DNA from: Piromyces finnis finn
Lineage: Eukaryota; Fungi; Neocallimastigomycota
Direction: 5' to 3'
DNA length: 64,000 nucleotides
Assembly (NCBI GenBank): GCA_002104945.1
Contig: MCFH01000009.1
Span: 1,054,001 to 1,118,000 of the forward strand
Shown here: piece after piece, positions 1 to 13,037 of the stretch
Layout of the letters: each line of letters opens with the position of its first letter
Position numbering within the stretch: position 1 is the first letter of the stretch
Position numbers and translations under genes: made by a program
Notes under the pieces: model-generated
The model's input: only the letters and a program-made list of their open reading frames with translations
Database searches by the model: none
Told to the model about the DNA's origin: nothing

Positions 1-91
1 TTTTTTTTTATAAATTTATAAATTATCAATTAATAAATTATAAATAAAATAAATATCTTAAAATATTATATTTTAATTTATTTAAAATTAC

Positions 92-3000
92 AATAAAATT
101 GATCATTTTTAAGGCTAATTCTTTAGTTATAAAAGTTCTTAATCGTTCTAATGAATTATTACTATATTTAAGGTTAACTTCATTTAAAGCTTCTCTTATA
201 TGTACAGCATTTTCAAGCAAAATTTTAATATTTGGATTTTCTTTTTGTTCCTCAATAAGATTTATATCATCTAAGTCAATATTATTCTTTGAAATTTTCT
301 TTTCTTTTAAACCTTTGTTTTCTTCTTTATTTCTATTATTTATTAATATTGCGTTTTTAGATTTTGTTTCATCATTAAACTTTATTTCATACTTATTATC
401 AGTGTTTCCTTCTTCTAAATCAATATTATCAATTTCTATTTTATTCACATCTTTAGGCATATTATTATTTAAAATTCCACTTTTCTTTGTTGCTATTTTT
501 TCTTTATTAATTTCCATATTTTTCTCTTCGTTTTTATCTGACTCAATATTTTTGATATTAATAAGATTTAGATCTTTATTATTTACATTGATATCAATTA
601 TTTCATAAGCATTATTTATTATTTTTTCATTATCTTTGCCAATATCAACCTTATTGCTATTATTATTATTATTAGTAGTAGTAGTGGTGGTGGTGTTGGT
701 AAGTATATTATTAGCTTTTTTATTATTGTTTGGAGTAAAATCAATAGGAATATCATCCAAAATATATGTAGTTTTACCCTTATTATCGCTATTATTATCA
801 TTATTTTTAATTTCTACCACCATATCTTCATCTTCATTCATTTTTTCATTACTGTTTTCATGATTATAATCAATGGAATTGTTATTTATTATATTTGCAG
901 GTGTTTTACTATTATTATAATTATTATCTTGACTAAAATCTATTTTAATTTCATTGTTATTTACAAATGAAACTTTATCTTCAATAATTGACTTAGATAA
1001 ATCAGAAGATTCATATAAATTAGAACTTTGGTTTATTTCTTCATCATTTATCTCTGTATCTCTCTGTACCTCATGGAAATTATCGTACGAATCATTTGAT
1101 ATATCTTTATCAGTATTTATAAACGAAGGAGTACTACAAATAGAAAATTTTACTTCATCTAAATATTTATTTTCGTCATCTTTATTTAAATATGCATTTG
1201 GATTGTAAATCATCATTAAATACCAATGCATAGCTTCATTGATCGGAATGAAAATATACTTTTTATCAAAAATATCAACTTTAGATGTCCATTTCTTAAC
1301 ACTCTCATACATTTTATTAGGCTTTAATGATCTTCTACTGTAAAGTTGCTCAAAAAAAAAAGTATTGAAGAAATGTATATCGGATTTTTGTTCTTCTGTT
1401 AATATTACATTTTCTAACCACTTTATACAAAATTCAATTAAATTATCATTAAACATTTTCCCGCTTATTAATCTTTTTTCATCCTCTGTTGTTACTACCA
1501 CTGAATTAATTCCTTTAAATGGGAAAACAAATAAATCTTTTATTTCATCCATTTTCTTCTTTCGAAGAAATAATGAAAATTCAAAACTAAAATCATTTGA
1601 TGGAATACAATTTTGTTTTATAGATTTAGCTAAAATCTCATTCTTATTTCTTACTATTCTAATCAAAATTTTGATTATTTCGTTTTTATAAGGAACCTTT
1701 TTAGCAAATTTTCTTGCTAAAACAGAGCCATAAGAGTTAATAAAATTTTTTAAACTGGATAAATGAAAATCTTTAGCTCTGTCATTGAATACATATAAGC
1801 CATCAAAAAGGTCATTAATAATTAATTCAGTGTATTCATGTAAATGCATTAGAATTTTCTCTGTTAAATAAATCATATTTTGTCTAGGTTTTTTAGTTTT
1901 TAAAATAGTACTAACAATAAATTGTTCATTCGATTTTGAGTTCATTTTATCAACACCTCGTTCTAAAGAAGATGCTTTATGAAATTTTTCACTAAATGAA
2001 ATAGGACTTTCTGATTTTGATTTTCCTTTTGTTTTTTTTTTAATAATTTTTTTTGCAGCTGAAATCTTTGATAGGACTATATCAGTTGTTCTTACTTTTT
2101 TGATGTTTTCTCTTTTCGTTATTTTAATTTTTTCTTTTTCTTTTTTGCTATTTTTCTTTGTTTTATTATTAATAGAACTTTGCTTTAATTTCTTATTTTC
2201 CATATTGTTGCTACTTATTATTCTCATATTATTATTTCCACCTTCTAAATATTGTTGTACATTAACAATGTCATTATTATTATTGTTTGACTGATTTTGA
2301 AATTTCATTATTGGTAAATATTTTGTATTAATTTGATTTGATAATCTTCCGAAATTATTTAAATATTGCTGATTTGTTTCAACGTAATTATTTCTATTCA
2401 AATTAACTTGATTATTTAATATTGCATTTGATGGAGTATTACTTATATCTCTATTAAAATCATTTGTATTATTAATTATAATTGGCTTATTTTCAAAAAA
2501 GACATCATTATTAGGGCTCATATGACTTCGAGATTCGTTTTTCATTGGTCCTAAATTATTATCAATAGTTTTTATATAATTATTTACATTTTTTACAGTA
2601 TTTTGATTATTTACATTAAAATTGTTATTTGCAATATGAGTTTGATTTTGAAGTAAATTATTTATTGCCATTGTATTTTGATTCCCTTGAATATTTAATT
2701 CTGGTTGTTTTATATAAATATTATTTTGATTAATTATAAATGTTTGAAAAGGTGGATATGAAGACTGTTGTTGAAAGTTATTAATAGGATTTAGTTGATT
2801 ATTTGGTGTATGTATATTGTTGTTGTTATTAATATTATTGTTAAGAATTTCATTTGGTTTAGTTATCAAATCATTTATGCTTAAATTATGAGAATTTTGA
2901 TTGGGAATATTAAAATTAATATTATTATATTGTGAAACATTTTGTAAATGAAAAGGTAATTGATTATCAATAATTGAATTCGATAAATTATTATTATTTA

Positions 3001-3319
3001 TATTGTTGGATAATTGATTCTGATTTTGGTAAGGCGAAATTTGTACTGAGTAATTTTGTATAGATTTATTCAGATTATTCAAATTATTATTGATATTATT
3101 AAATTGTTGACTAGCATTATTGATATGTGAGAATTGTTGATTATTATTTGGAATAAGTGTTGTAAATTGAAAACTTTTATTTATTATATTATCAGACAAC
3201 ACTTGAGAAGAATTATTACGCATATTAATAGATGGAACTTGATAAGATACATTAGTTGATATAATATTTGATGCTATATGTGGAGGTTTATTATCAATTA
3301 TAATATTAGTTAAATATTG

Positions 3320-3352
<33 letters not shown>

Positions 3353-3358
3353 TAACAT
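92..3358 (-). CDS. Ulp2/SENP6-7-like SUMO protease (peptidase C48); first large exon, gene continues past the left edge
   Basis: The ORF contains a C48 catalytic-domain N-half: TTEDEKRL..FNDNLIEFCIKW..IHFFNTFFFEQL..VKKWTSKVDIFDKKYIFIPINEAMHWYL. It is preceded by an N/Q-rich N-terminus and followed by a long insertion. A GTAATT donor at 91 suggests the exon ends at 92. The QxNxxDCG catalytic-Cys motif is not in the window. Confidence 0.85.
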
Positions 3359-4259
3359 ATTCTTAATATCTTAATATAAAATAATATTAAAATATAAAAT
3401 ATAACATTAAATATTTAATTAGAGAAAATAAATAAAATGTAATATTTAAACAATTAAAATATAAATAATGTATACAAAACGTATTATATAATTGTATATA
3501 GTGATATAATAAAGTTTAAAGTTTATATTGGTGATTAAATATAGAAAAAATTACTTTAACCTACAATTACTTTATTGTGTTTTTTTTTATATTATTTGAA
3601 ATATTTAATATTCCAAATTAAATAAAAAAACACAATAAAGCAATTCGTTAAATAAACACTTCAATAATGCATTAAAATATATATAAACAATTAATAAAAG
3701 ATTAAAATGTATATAATAAAGTCTCATATATTATCATATTGGTGGATATATCTACTTAAAGGAGGACAATATAATTATTTTAATAAAAACTTAACTTTTT
3801 TTTTTTAATTATTTTAAAAATATTTATAAACTCTAATTTTATTTTCAAGTATATATGATTATATTCAAACACATCTAGGTATATTTTAATGTTTATTATA
3901 ATTTTACAATCAAGCTATAATTTTTGTTTCTTTTATTTAATAATTAATAAATATATTTTAAATTTTCTTCAATATATTTTTAATTTTTATTTAATAAAAA
4001 TCACAAATAGAATTAATATTATTTATTTCTAATATTATTACTCTCTCTTTTTCTTTTTTTTTTTTTTTGTATCATTTTAATGTGTTTTTTAATAATACAC
4101 TGGTAGTCAAACCAAAAAAAAAAACTTAAATATAGTTATAATGTATATAAATTATGATGTGATTATAAATACATTTTTTAGAGATTATAAATATTTAAAA
4201 TGAAATATAATAAATCGAAATACTTAACATTTAGTTATTAATAAATTTTATAACTTAAG

Positions 4260-4426
4260 ATTTTTAGTACTTGATAAATTATTTATTATTTTTAAGTATT
4301 AATATCAGAATAATGTTTAAAAATACTAAAATTTAACATTATTTTTAGTACTTGATAAATTATTTATTATTTTTAAGTATTAATATCAGAATAATGTTTA
4401 AAAATACTAAAATTTAACATTATTTT
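4260..4426. repeat. Perfect 81-bp tandem duplication in the Ulp/CotH divergent intergenic region
   Basis: The unit tttttagtacttgataaattatttattatttttaagtattaatatcagaataatgtttaaaaatactaaaatttaacatta starts at 4261 and again at 4342. Confidence 0.95.
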
Positions 4427-5338
4427 AATATTAATTCTTGGTTTCCTTATTTTTTTTTTCAGCATAAAAATATTGTTTATTTTAAATATTAAATGGTTGA
4501 ATTAAATAATTATTATTAAATCTTAAATAATATTATTTTAAATATATACACAAATAAGTTTCACAAAAAAAATTATAAAAAAATATTATTTGAAAATTGA
4601 AATTTATTTTTTTTTATTAAAAAATAAATTAGAAAAACTATAGCTTATGATATTTGCCATTAAATGATTATATAATTCCTTGTTTCTTTTTTCCCATAAA
4701 AATAATAATATTGTTTATTTTAATAATATATTTTAATAATAAATATATATAAATATATTGATATATTGTATTAATATAAATAACATCCTAGAAAATTGGA
4801 TTCAATATATTATTATATTTTTTAATTGAAATTGTTTATAGCTATTGTTTAAATTGTTTTATATAAACCTAACCCATTCCAATCATTAATATTTTAAATT
4901 TTATTTCTTTATATTCTTGTGAAACATGAATATATTACAATATATTAGATAAATTTATTATATATTAGAATTTATCACTTAAATTAAAATAATATTGTTA
5001 TATATTAAACAAAGAGATTATTATATGATTATTATATACTTGTTATATACTACAATAATATTATAATATATTAAGTCATTAATTAAAAAAATAGTTTAAA
5101 CTTATTATTGTTAAAGTTAATAAATAATATAATTAATTTATATTTGAATATTATTGGCTGAATAAGAAAATCTTATTTCTTTTAATTTTCTTTTTAAAAG
5201 TATATATAAAATTAATTTTTGTATTTACATTTCAAAAAATTTTAAAAAAAAATTTAAAAAAAATATATTGTAAATATTATTTAAAAAAAAATAAAATAAA
5301 ATTTTACAAATAGATTTTTAATAATAGAATATAAAAAG

Positions 5339-7381
5339 ATGCTTAAGCATTTTGTACTATTATTAGTTTTCCTTGTAAGCATAGCTTACAGTAGAACTGT
5401 ACATTTTAAATTTTTAGGTTTTGGTGAAAAAGCTGAAGTAATTGTTGATAATAAAAAATATAGTTTAACAAGAACTGCTGGAGAACCATATTTTAGTGCA
5501 AAAGTAAATGTTATTCCAGCAGGTTATTTTAAATATAAATATGTTCTTGACAATGTTGAAGAAGATTTTGAACGTGAATGTCCATTAGAAATGACTAAGA
5601 CATATATAGATTTCTATGGCAGAAAAGATACTATTAAAGAACTTGGTAAATTCCAATACTCAGAAAATCACTGGAATAGAAGTATAGGAAAAACTAATCT
5701 TTTTGATGATTCATATATTCCAACTATTCACATTACTGGTAATAAAACTGAAACATTTTTCCATAATCCAGCAATAAGTATTAAAGCTGAAAAGGTTACA
5801 GTTTATTTAAAAGATGAAAAGAAAGCCTTTACTAATGTTCCTCTTGTAGCTAAAAATAAGGATTTTGAAAAATTCCAAATTAAAATGACATTGAGTAAGA
5901 CTGCTAATATTCATCAAAGATATTTATTAAAATTCCGTAATGGTAGTGAAGATCCAATTAATCTTCGTCAAACTATTTATGGTAACATTAATCAAGCTAT
6001 TGGTATACCAAGTATTCATTCTGTTATGGTTCGAGTTTACTACAATATGAAACCTGCAGGTTTCTATACTATGCAAGAAGAAGCTGTAAGTGAATCATTC
6101 TTAAGAGCTGAATTCTATGGTAATGCCGAAACTGAAACTATTGATGCCCCATCCTCAATGGGTGATGCATTTGACTGTTCAACTGGTGGTGATTTTGAAT
6201 ATAAACCATATAATATGTCTTACTATGATCCATTTGCACAAAAAATTGGAAAAGATAAAACCAAGGTTGTTGCTTTAACTGAAGCTATTGAAAAATTAGA
6301 TACAAATAATGAAGAAGAATTGGCTGAATTTGAAAAGAAATGGTTTGATATTGATACTTTCCAAAAAGCTATGTGTATGGAATATTTAACTGGTGACTGG
6401 GATGGTTATTGGTTCTTTACTAGTAATTTTGTTGTTTATGAAGATATTAAAAGTTCTACTGAAAATACATTCAAGTTCTTCTATATTACTCAAGATCATG
6501 ATGAAACATTTGGTGTAGGTATTACAGATAGAATTAACACAGTTGGATACGATTTTCCAAAGTTATCTTATACAACTATGCTTAATAAAACATGGCATTT
6601 AGATCCATTCGATGCTGACCATCGTACTTTAGTTGATAAATTCATTGCATCTTCTCCAAAGCTTCAACAACGTTTCCAAAATAATCTTATTTCAATTGTC
6701 CAAAATATTTTCAACCCTGTAGCTTTCAGAAAAGTAGTTGATACTTACTATGAACGTTATGAACCAGAAGTTAAATGGGATTATTCATTTGAACGTCCAT
6801 ATAGACGTACAAAAATGGTTCCAGACTGGCGTTATAATGATTTCTTAGTTGCTTTTGAAAATAGTCTTCCAGGTCTTCCATGGGGTCTTTATGAATGGGT
6901 TAAACTCAGATCTGAAGCTATAAAGAATGAATTTTGCATTTCTTGGGAAGGAGATGAAAATCCACCAGATGCTTCATGTGTACCATACAAGATTCCATAT
7001 TTAGATGATGAAAAGACTACTGTTGTTGAAGAACCAACTACTACTATGTTAGAAGAAACAACCACTACTAATGTTGAACCAACTACTACTTCATTAGAAG
7101 AAACAACTACTACTAATGCTGAACCAACTACCACTTCATTAGAAGAAACAACTACTACTAATGCTGAACCAACTACCACTTCATTAGAAGAAACAACTAC
7201 TACTGCTGAACCAACTACCACTTCATTAGAAGAAACAACTACTACTAATGCTGAACCAACTACTACTAAAAGTACTAAGACTATTCCAACTAGTGTTGGT
7301 GGATTTGTCGATTGGTTTAAGAACAAGAAACCAAGTGATTTTCAAAATCCAAAAGTTAAGAGAACTCTTCAAGTTCAATAA
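5339..7381 (+). CDS. cotH: CotH-kinase-domain protein 1: signal peptide, CotH domain, Thr/Glu-rich stalk, short basic tail; intronless
   Basis: N-terminal hydrophobic signal MLKHFVLLLVFLVSIAYS. CotH motifs are FRNGSEDPINLRQ, VRVYYNMKPAGFYTMQEE, EYLTGDWDGYW..SNF and QDHDETFG. The 680-aa ORF is uninterrupted. Confidence 0.9.
   Translation: MLKHFVLLLVFLVSIAYSRTVHFKFLGFGEKAEVIVDNKKYSLTRTAGEPYFSAKVNVIPAGYFKYKYVLDNVEEDFERECPLEMTKTYIDFYGRKDTIKELGKFQYSENHWNRSIGKTNLFDDSYIPTIHITGNKTETFFHNPAISIKAEKVTVYLKDEKKAFTNVPLVAKNKDFEKFQIKMTLSKTANIHQRYLLKFRNGSEDPINLRQTIYGNINQAIGIPSIHSVMVRVYYNMKPAGFYTMQEEAVSESFLRAEFYGNAETETIDAPSSMGDAFDCSTGGDFEYKPYNMSYYDPFAQKIGKDKTKVVALTEAIEKLDTNNEEELAEFEKKWFDIDTFQKAMCMEYLTGDWDGYWFFTSNFVVYEDIKSSTENTFKFFYITQDHDETFGVGITDRINTVGYDFPKLSYTTMLNKTWHLDPFDADHRTLVDKFIASSPKLQQRFQNNLISIVQNIFNPVAFRKVVDTYYERYEPEVKWDYSFERPYRRTKMVPDWRYNDFLVAFENSLPGLPWGLYEWVKLRSEAIKNEFCISWEGDENPPDASCVPYKIPYLDDEKTTVVEEPTTTMLEETTTTNVEPTTTSLEETTTTNAEPTTTSLEETTTTNAEPTTTSLEETTTTAEPTTTSLEETTTTNAEPTTTKSTKTIPTSVGGFVDWFKNKKPSDFQNPKVKRTLQVQ
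7031..7267 (+). repeat. Coding tandem repeat, 45-bp unit (EPTTTSLEETTTTNA), five units plus a partial
   Basis: Units start at 7031, 7076, 7121, 7166 (42 bp, lacks the Asn codon), 7208 and 7253 (partial). Confidence 0.95.
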
Positions 7382-9733
7382 AAATGTGGATTATATTAAA
7401 TCTAAATAATAGAAATTAAAAAACATTTAAAATTTATTTTATTAAATTTAACTATAGAAAGATAAATTTAACTATAGAAAAAAACAACAAATTCCAAAAA
7501 AAAAAAAAAAAAATAATTCACTGAATATAAATAATATTACAATATATTTTTTTTAAGTAATTAAAGTAAAAACAGAACAACAACAAATAACAACAACAAT
7601 AATAAAATAATAAAGAATTCAAATTTCCCTTAAATATTATATGTATATCTTAATAATTTATAAAGAAAATATAATTTTTGCACAAAAAAATGTAATCATA
7701 CTTATAAAATAAATAAAAAAAAATAAAATAAAAATATAATGAAAATAAAGTCTTATGATTTTATAATAAATAAAGTTTAATATAAAAAATATTTATTTCT
7801 TGTTATTATAACAAATAATTTAAAAATAATATAAAAATGTTATGAATTTAATATAGACGTCTCCTTTTTTTTTTTATTATGAATATACTATAATTATATA
7901 TTTACGGTAACTTTTACAAATATATTTTAATATATATTAATATATATTAATGTGAACATTTGATTTTAATAAAAATTTTTGAAAAAAAAATTTTTTTATT
8001 TAAAATTATTTTATGATTAAAAATATATGGAATAAAAAAACAAAAAAAAAAAAAACAAGCAATTCATTTCTAATAAATAATGATGATAAGATTAGAAAGT
8101 CTTATATGTCTAGATCGATTATTCTATAGTGAAATAAAAATATATTATCATCCATCAAGCTACAAATTAATCCACAATTAAAATTTATAGTTTAATTGCG
8201 GTAATAATCATAATAGTATAATATATAATATATTTTAAATTTAGGTATATTAAAATATATTAATACTAGAAAAGTAATTTTAAGTGGTCTTTTATATTCA
8301 TAAAATTTATTATTTCTCTTTCTTATTTTCCATCTTTTAATAATTTTTTTTTTATTAAATTCTTATGAAACCAATAAATAATAATTTATATATATGAGGA
8401 TATAAAAAAAAATTATATATATATTTCTATAGTTGGGATATTTTATTTTATTATTGTTGCCATTTTCGATTATTATTTAAATTTATTGTACTAAATTTTT
8501 ATTATAAATATATTAATTTTTTATAATTTTATAATAGAAATGAATTGAACAAAGAAAGTTCTTTTATAGAATTTTTTATATAATTAAAAATCTTTATATA
8601 TTATTTTTTTATATTCCATTGACAATTTTTATTAAGAAAGAAAGAAATAATTATTTATATATTGTAAATGGTAAATGATACATTTTTTTTTAATTCTTTT
8701 GTAGGGATTTATTTATTCTATTTCGTTTTTTATAATTACTAAGCCTATCTTTTTTTTTTTTACGGTCTAAATATTTTAAAATCTTTATTAGATTAATTGA
8801 AAGCATGATATAATAATAAAAAATAAATTAAAAATTAAATTTAATTAAACCACAAAATGAATTAAAATGGATATAATGTATTATAGAAATTCTAATCAAC
8901 GTTTAAGGTCAAAGGTTAAATAATTGTATTTGACTTTCATTGGTTGCACTTAACCATATTGGCTTACTCTACTTTTTCTTGGCTGTTGCTTTAAACATTT
9001 TACTATTGTTGATTATCGCAATACTAAATCAAAAAAAGTTTTAATATACACATTATTTTTAATTATAAAAAAAAAAAAAATTGACTTTTTAATAATTTTT
9101 TTATTATTACTATAAATTTTTTTTAATAAGAAATGTAAAAACTCATTTTTATTTTCTTATTACTATTTATATTCAATTTAACCTTTTTCGACATATTTCA
9201 ACATATTGAATCAAATGTTTTAAAAGGATATTATTTTATTTTATTTTTCTTCATTAAAATAAAATAATTAAATTATAATTAATTATTATTATTATTATTA
9301 TTATGTTATAGTATATAGTATATATTATATTATTTATAAATTATAAATATTTATGTTGTTTAAAATGTTTTTATATTATGTGTATGTGTATTTTAGATTT
9401 GATAATCATAATGTGAAATAAAAATAATTTTAATGTATATATATATAAATTTTCTTTATATATATGCAATATTATTAAATATCAATAGATTCAACTAATG
9501 TTGAAATAAAAGTATTGAGCTATTAATTCATTAATTATTTTATGGTATGAAAATTTAAATATACAATAATTTTATTAAATACTTCTTTTCTTTTTTTTTT
9601 TTATTTTTCATACCATGCTAATATATATTAATTTTATATTTTATATTTATACTGTGATTTAATGGTATATTAATATCTATTATAGTTGATTTCTTTTTCT
9701 AGATTTCTCTTAATATTTATAATTTAATTATGT

Positions 9734-11862
9734 TTAATATAATATCATGGCTAAACAAAAAGAAATTAATATAGTGTAAATACTCCATATCATCTTAGCA
9801 TTAGCATTGGATGTTTGATTTGGATTTTCAACGTAACCTAAATCGTTTTCAAAGTTTTCTGGAATCATAATACCCAATTCTTTAGCAAGAAGGTCTGATT
9901 TAGTATTGATAAAGTATTTGATTGGCATATTGCCATATCTGGCTTCTGGTTCTTCATTAGAAACGTGTGAATCAAAATCACTTTTTTCAAAAATAAGATC
10001 AGTATCAATTTGTGAATCTGATTGACTAACCCTTGGAAGTGTGAAGTCCCAATAAGCATCTTCCCTAATAAGATTAGCTAAAGAATCGAGACGTGGTAAA
10101 ATGGCTTTTGGATGGAAGGAAGTCTTAAGAAGACGATCAAAAATTGAAACAAATTTTTCCTTATTTTCTGAATGACTAAGAATTGAATCAAGTGGTGGTC
10201 TTGATCTTTCAACACCATCATCAAGTGTTGGAGGATAATTTGAAAGAGGAGTATTCAACATAAGATCTTCATCACCACCAACACCGAAACTGAAATGAAA
10301 ATCAGTATCATGGAAATACCATTGATCCTTAGAAAGATCTTTGAAAACGTAATAATTTCCCGGTTTATTCCAATAGTTATCAATAGCACCTGCAAGATAT
10401 TCCATTGCCATATATCTTAAGAATATATCTATATCAAATGGCATTTTGTCAGTTGCACCAGATGTATATGCATTTATATCCTTAATTAATGGAAGAAGTT
10501 CATTGATAAAATGTGAATCTGAATCTGAACTTTTATCCTCGCCTTTATATGTGTAAATACTATACATTGGATTAGTGGCATCATCACCATAATAACCTAA
10601 ATCACCATAAACAGGTCTATCACTACAAGATGAATAACAATAATCAGCCTTGAATATAGGATTTTCATTTTTATATTTTTTACCCTTATTAAAGGTTTCC
10701 CTGAGATAACGATTATTATTAATAGGATCAGTGATATCGAACAAACCAATGGCTTCACCATTAATGAAAAGACGAGCTAGTTTATTTTGGGCAGCTGGAA
10801 CACCAAGAGAATTTAATATATCACCATAGAGTTTATCTCTTAAAAATGATGGATCCATATGTTCAGCACGTAATTTAATAGAAGAACGATTGAAAAGTTC
10901 CTTATTTTTATCGTTCTTTAAATTTTTAATCTTGTAACTAAGCTTTGGAGCATGCTTTGTTGATTGACCTCCAAGACTTAAATATGTATTTTTATAAGTC
11001 TTCACGCCATATGGGCTAAATGAAATTTATATTTTATTAAAGAGAAGGTATATATAAATATTTTTATTGTTAAATTAATATTTGTTTTTAAATATTTAAT
11101 AAATATACAAGTCATATTTCTTACTTTGCATATATAACTTCAGCATTAATCTTTAATCCTTCATCATCAAGATTTTGATAAAGCCCTTGTAAATCGTTTG
11201 GGTCACATTTAACAATAATTGTTGCAATATGAGTATCTTTAATGGTATAAAAAAAGAATTAATAAAAAAAATTATTACTTTTATTTTTTCTTTGTTTTCT
11301 GTAAAAAAATTACTTTATATTTTTTTTCTTACCATCATATAATTTTGATGGAACATAATGTGGAAAAGCCTTATAAGCTTTTGGTAATTGAGGATGTTCA
11401 AGGACTGTGACAGATCTATTAAAAAATTCATTTAAAGAGTCATCATCCTTGTTACGTTGACGCATAAACTCTTCAATTTCATTTTGTCCATTATCATAAT
11501 TTAAAATATAATTATATTTTACAGGAAAACTATTAATATCAGCTTCAACAGTATAAAGTGGATACTCTTTTACATTCATTTTATATTGTTGTCCTCCTTC
11601 AATATTAAGAGTTGGAGTACCATTGACTGCCAAAACTTTGAAGGTAACTGTCATTAAAAAAAAAGTTTAAAAAAAATATTTTAATATATTTCTAAATATC
11701 ATAAATTACATAAATTAAATAGGAGAATTATATATATCAATTTATCTTTTTATTTATTTTTATAAAAAAAAAATTTTGTTATTGATATTTACCCTTTTCA
11801 GAATTAACCAATAATGCTTCGAGGGATACTAATAATAAGTTTAGAGACTTGTTAAATTTCAT
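9734..11862 (-). CDS. cotH: CotH-kinase-domain protein 2, secreted with GPI-type C-terminus; 4 exons
   Basis: Exons 11862-11793 (MKFNKSLNLLLVSLEALLVNSEK), 11647-11333, 11236-11125 and 11015-9734 are all GT..AG and stay in frame. Motifs are GGQSTKHAPKLSYKIK, KLRAEHMDPSFLRDKLY, EYLAGAIDNYWNKPGNYY and HDTDFHFSFG. The C-terminus is hydrophobic (IWSIYTILISFCLAMILY). Confidence 0.9.
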
Positions 11863-13037
11863 CTTTAAGTTATGGCTTTATTTTTTATATGTATTCTTTT
11901 TCTATATATATATATAAAATTTCATATATGAATAAATATATTAATTGAAATTGATGATTTTATTTTTATTTTTTATTATTAGTTATTTTATACTTTATTT
12001 ACGTTTTACTAATTTTATTATTTTTATTTTGTTATCGTTGTTTATTATATTATATATTTAATATATTATTTATATTATTTTTCTTTTTCTCGTTTTTTTT
12101 TTGAAAAAAAAAGAAAAAAGAAAAAAGCTTTTAATTTATAGTAAATTTTAATTAAAAAATTTTATGGACTTATATAAAAATGTTTCAAAATAAAAAAAGG
12201 TTATATATAAAATTATTAATTACTGTATATAAAATAATAATTTTATTTTATATTTCATTATATTTATATTATATATTATTTAAATTTATTTTATTATAAG
12301 AATTATAGGAATTTCTGCCATATTAAAAAAAAAAAACTTTTCACATTATTGTAATAAAATGTCCGTATTTAATTTATTTAATTAAATATTTTATTTTAAT
12401 TAAAATATAAAAATTTAGTTTTTATTATCATATGATTATAATGCATTATTAAAAAATTTTTATATTTGAAGTTATATAATATTTTTTCAACAACGAAATT
12501 CTTTCAAAAGTAGAAACAAAAATAATAAAAAAAAAAAAACAGTTTTAAACTTTTTTTTATTAATGGTTTATTTACTATTAAATACTTAAATATATATATT
12601 ATATTAAAAAATAAAATAATAATAATAATGGCATTATTATAGTTATGTTAATTATATATATAAGATTTCTTTTATTATCATCATTTTTTTTTTTGAAACT
12701 AGAAACCTTTTTTTTGTTTATTAAATTAGTTTATAATGCCGATAAAGAATATTATTATTTTACCTTTTTTTTTTTTATAAAAAATATTTTTTTATATATT
12801 GTAATATTAACTATAAATTTATAATATTTTATTTATTATTTTTATTATTTTGTTATTTATAATAATTAATATTATTAATATTTATTCTATTTATGTTAAT
12901 TCTTTATTTTGGTTCTTTTTTTATTTTCTTTTACTTTTCACATGATAAATAATTTTTATTTTATTTTCTTATTTATCGTGAAAAATAAATAACATTGTTG
13001 TATATAACAATCCCCTGTTTTTTTTCTTTTTCTTTAC

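Noticed and set aside
99-2294. Plus-strand ORFs overlapping the SUMO protease, and similar antisense ORFs at 6889-7326, 23094-23516, 39548-39826, 48399-50048 and 57286-57564
   Set aside because: These are shadow frames of real low-complexity CDS on the opposite strand. The Leu/Ser/Phe-rich translations simply mirror Asn/Lys/Glu codons.
7345-7409. Possible one-base frameshift extending cotH-1 (alternative end PKLRELFKFNKNVDYIKSK*)
   Set aside because: The annotated frame uses codons common in this gene (gtt, act, ctt, caa), and the alternative adds no recognisable domain or anchor.
7441-7480. 20-bp near-perfect tandem duplication (aaatttaactatagaaa) downstream of cotH-1
   Set aside because: It is short and AT-rich, consistent with ordinary replication slippage, with nothing pointing to function.
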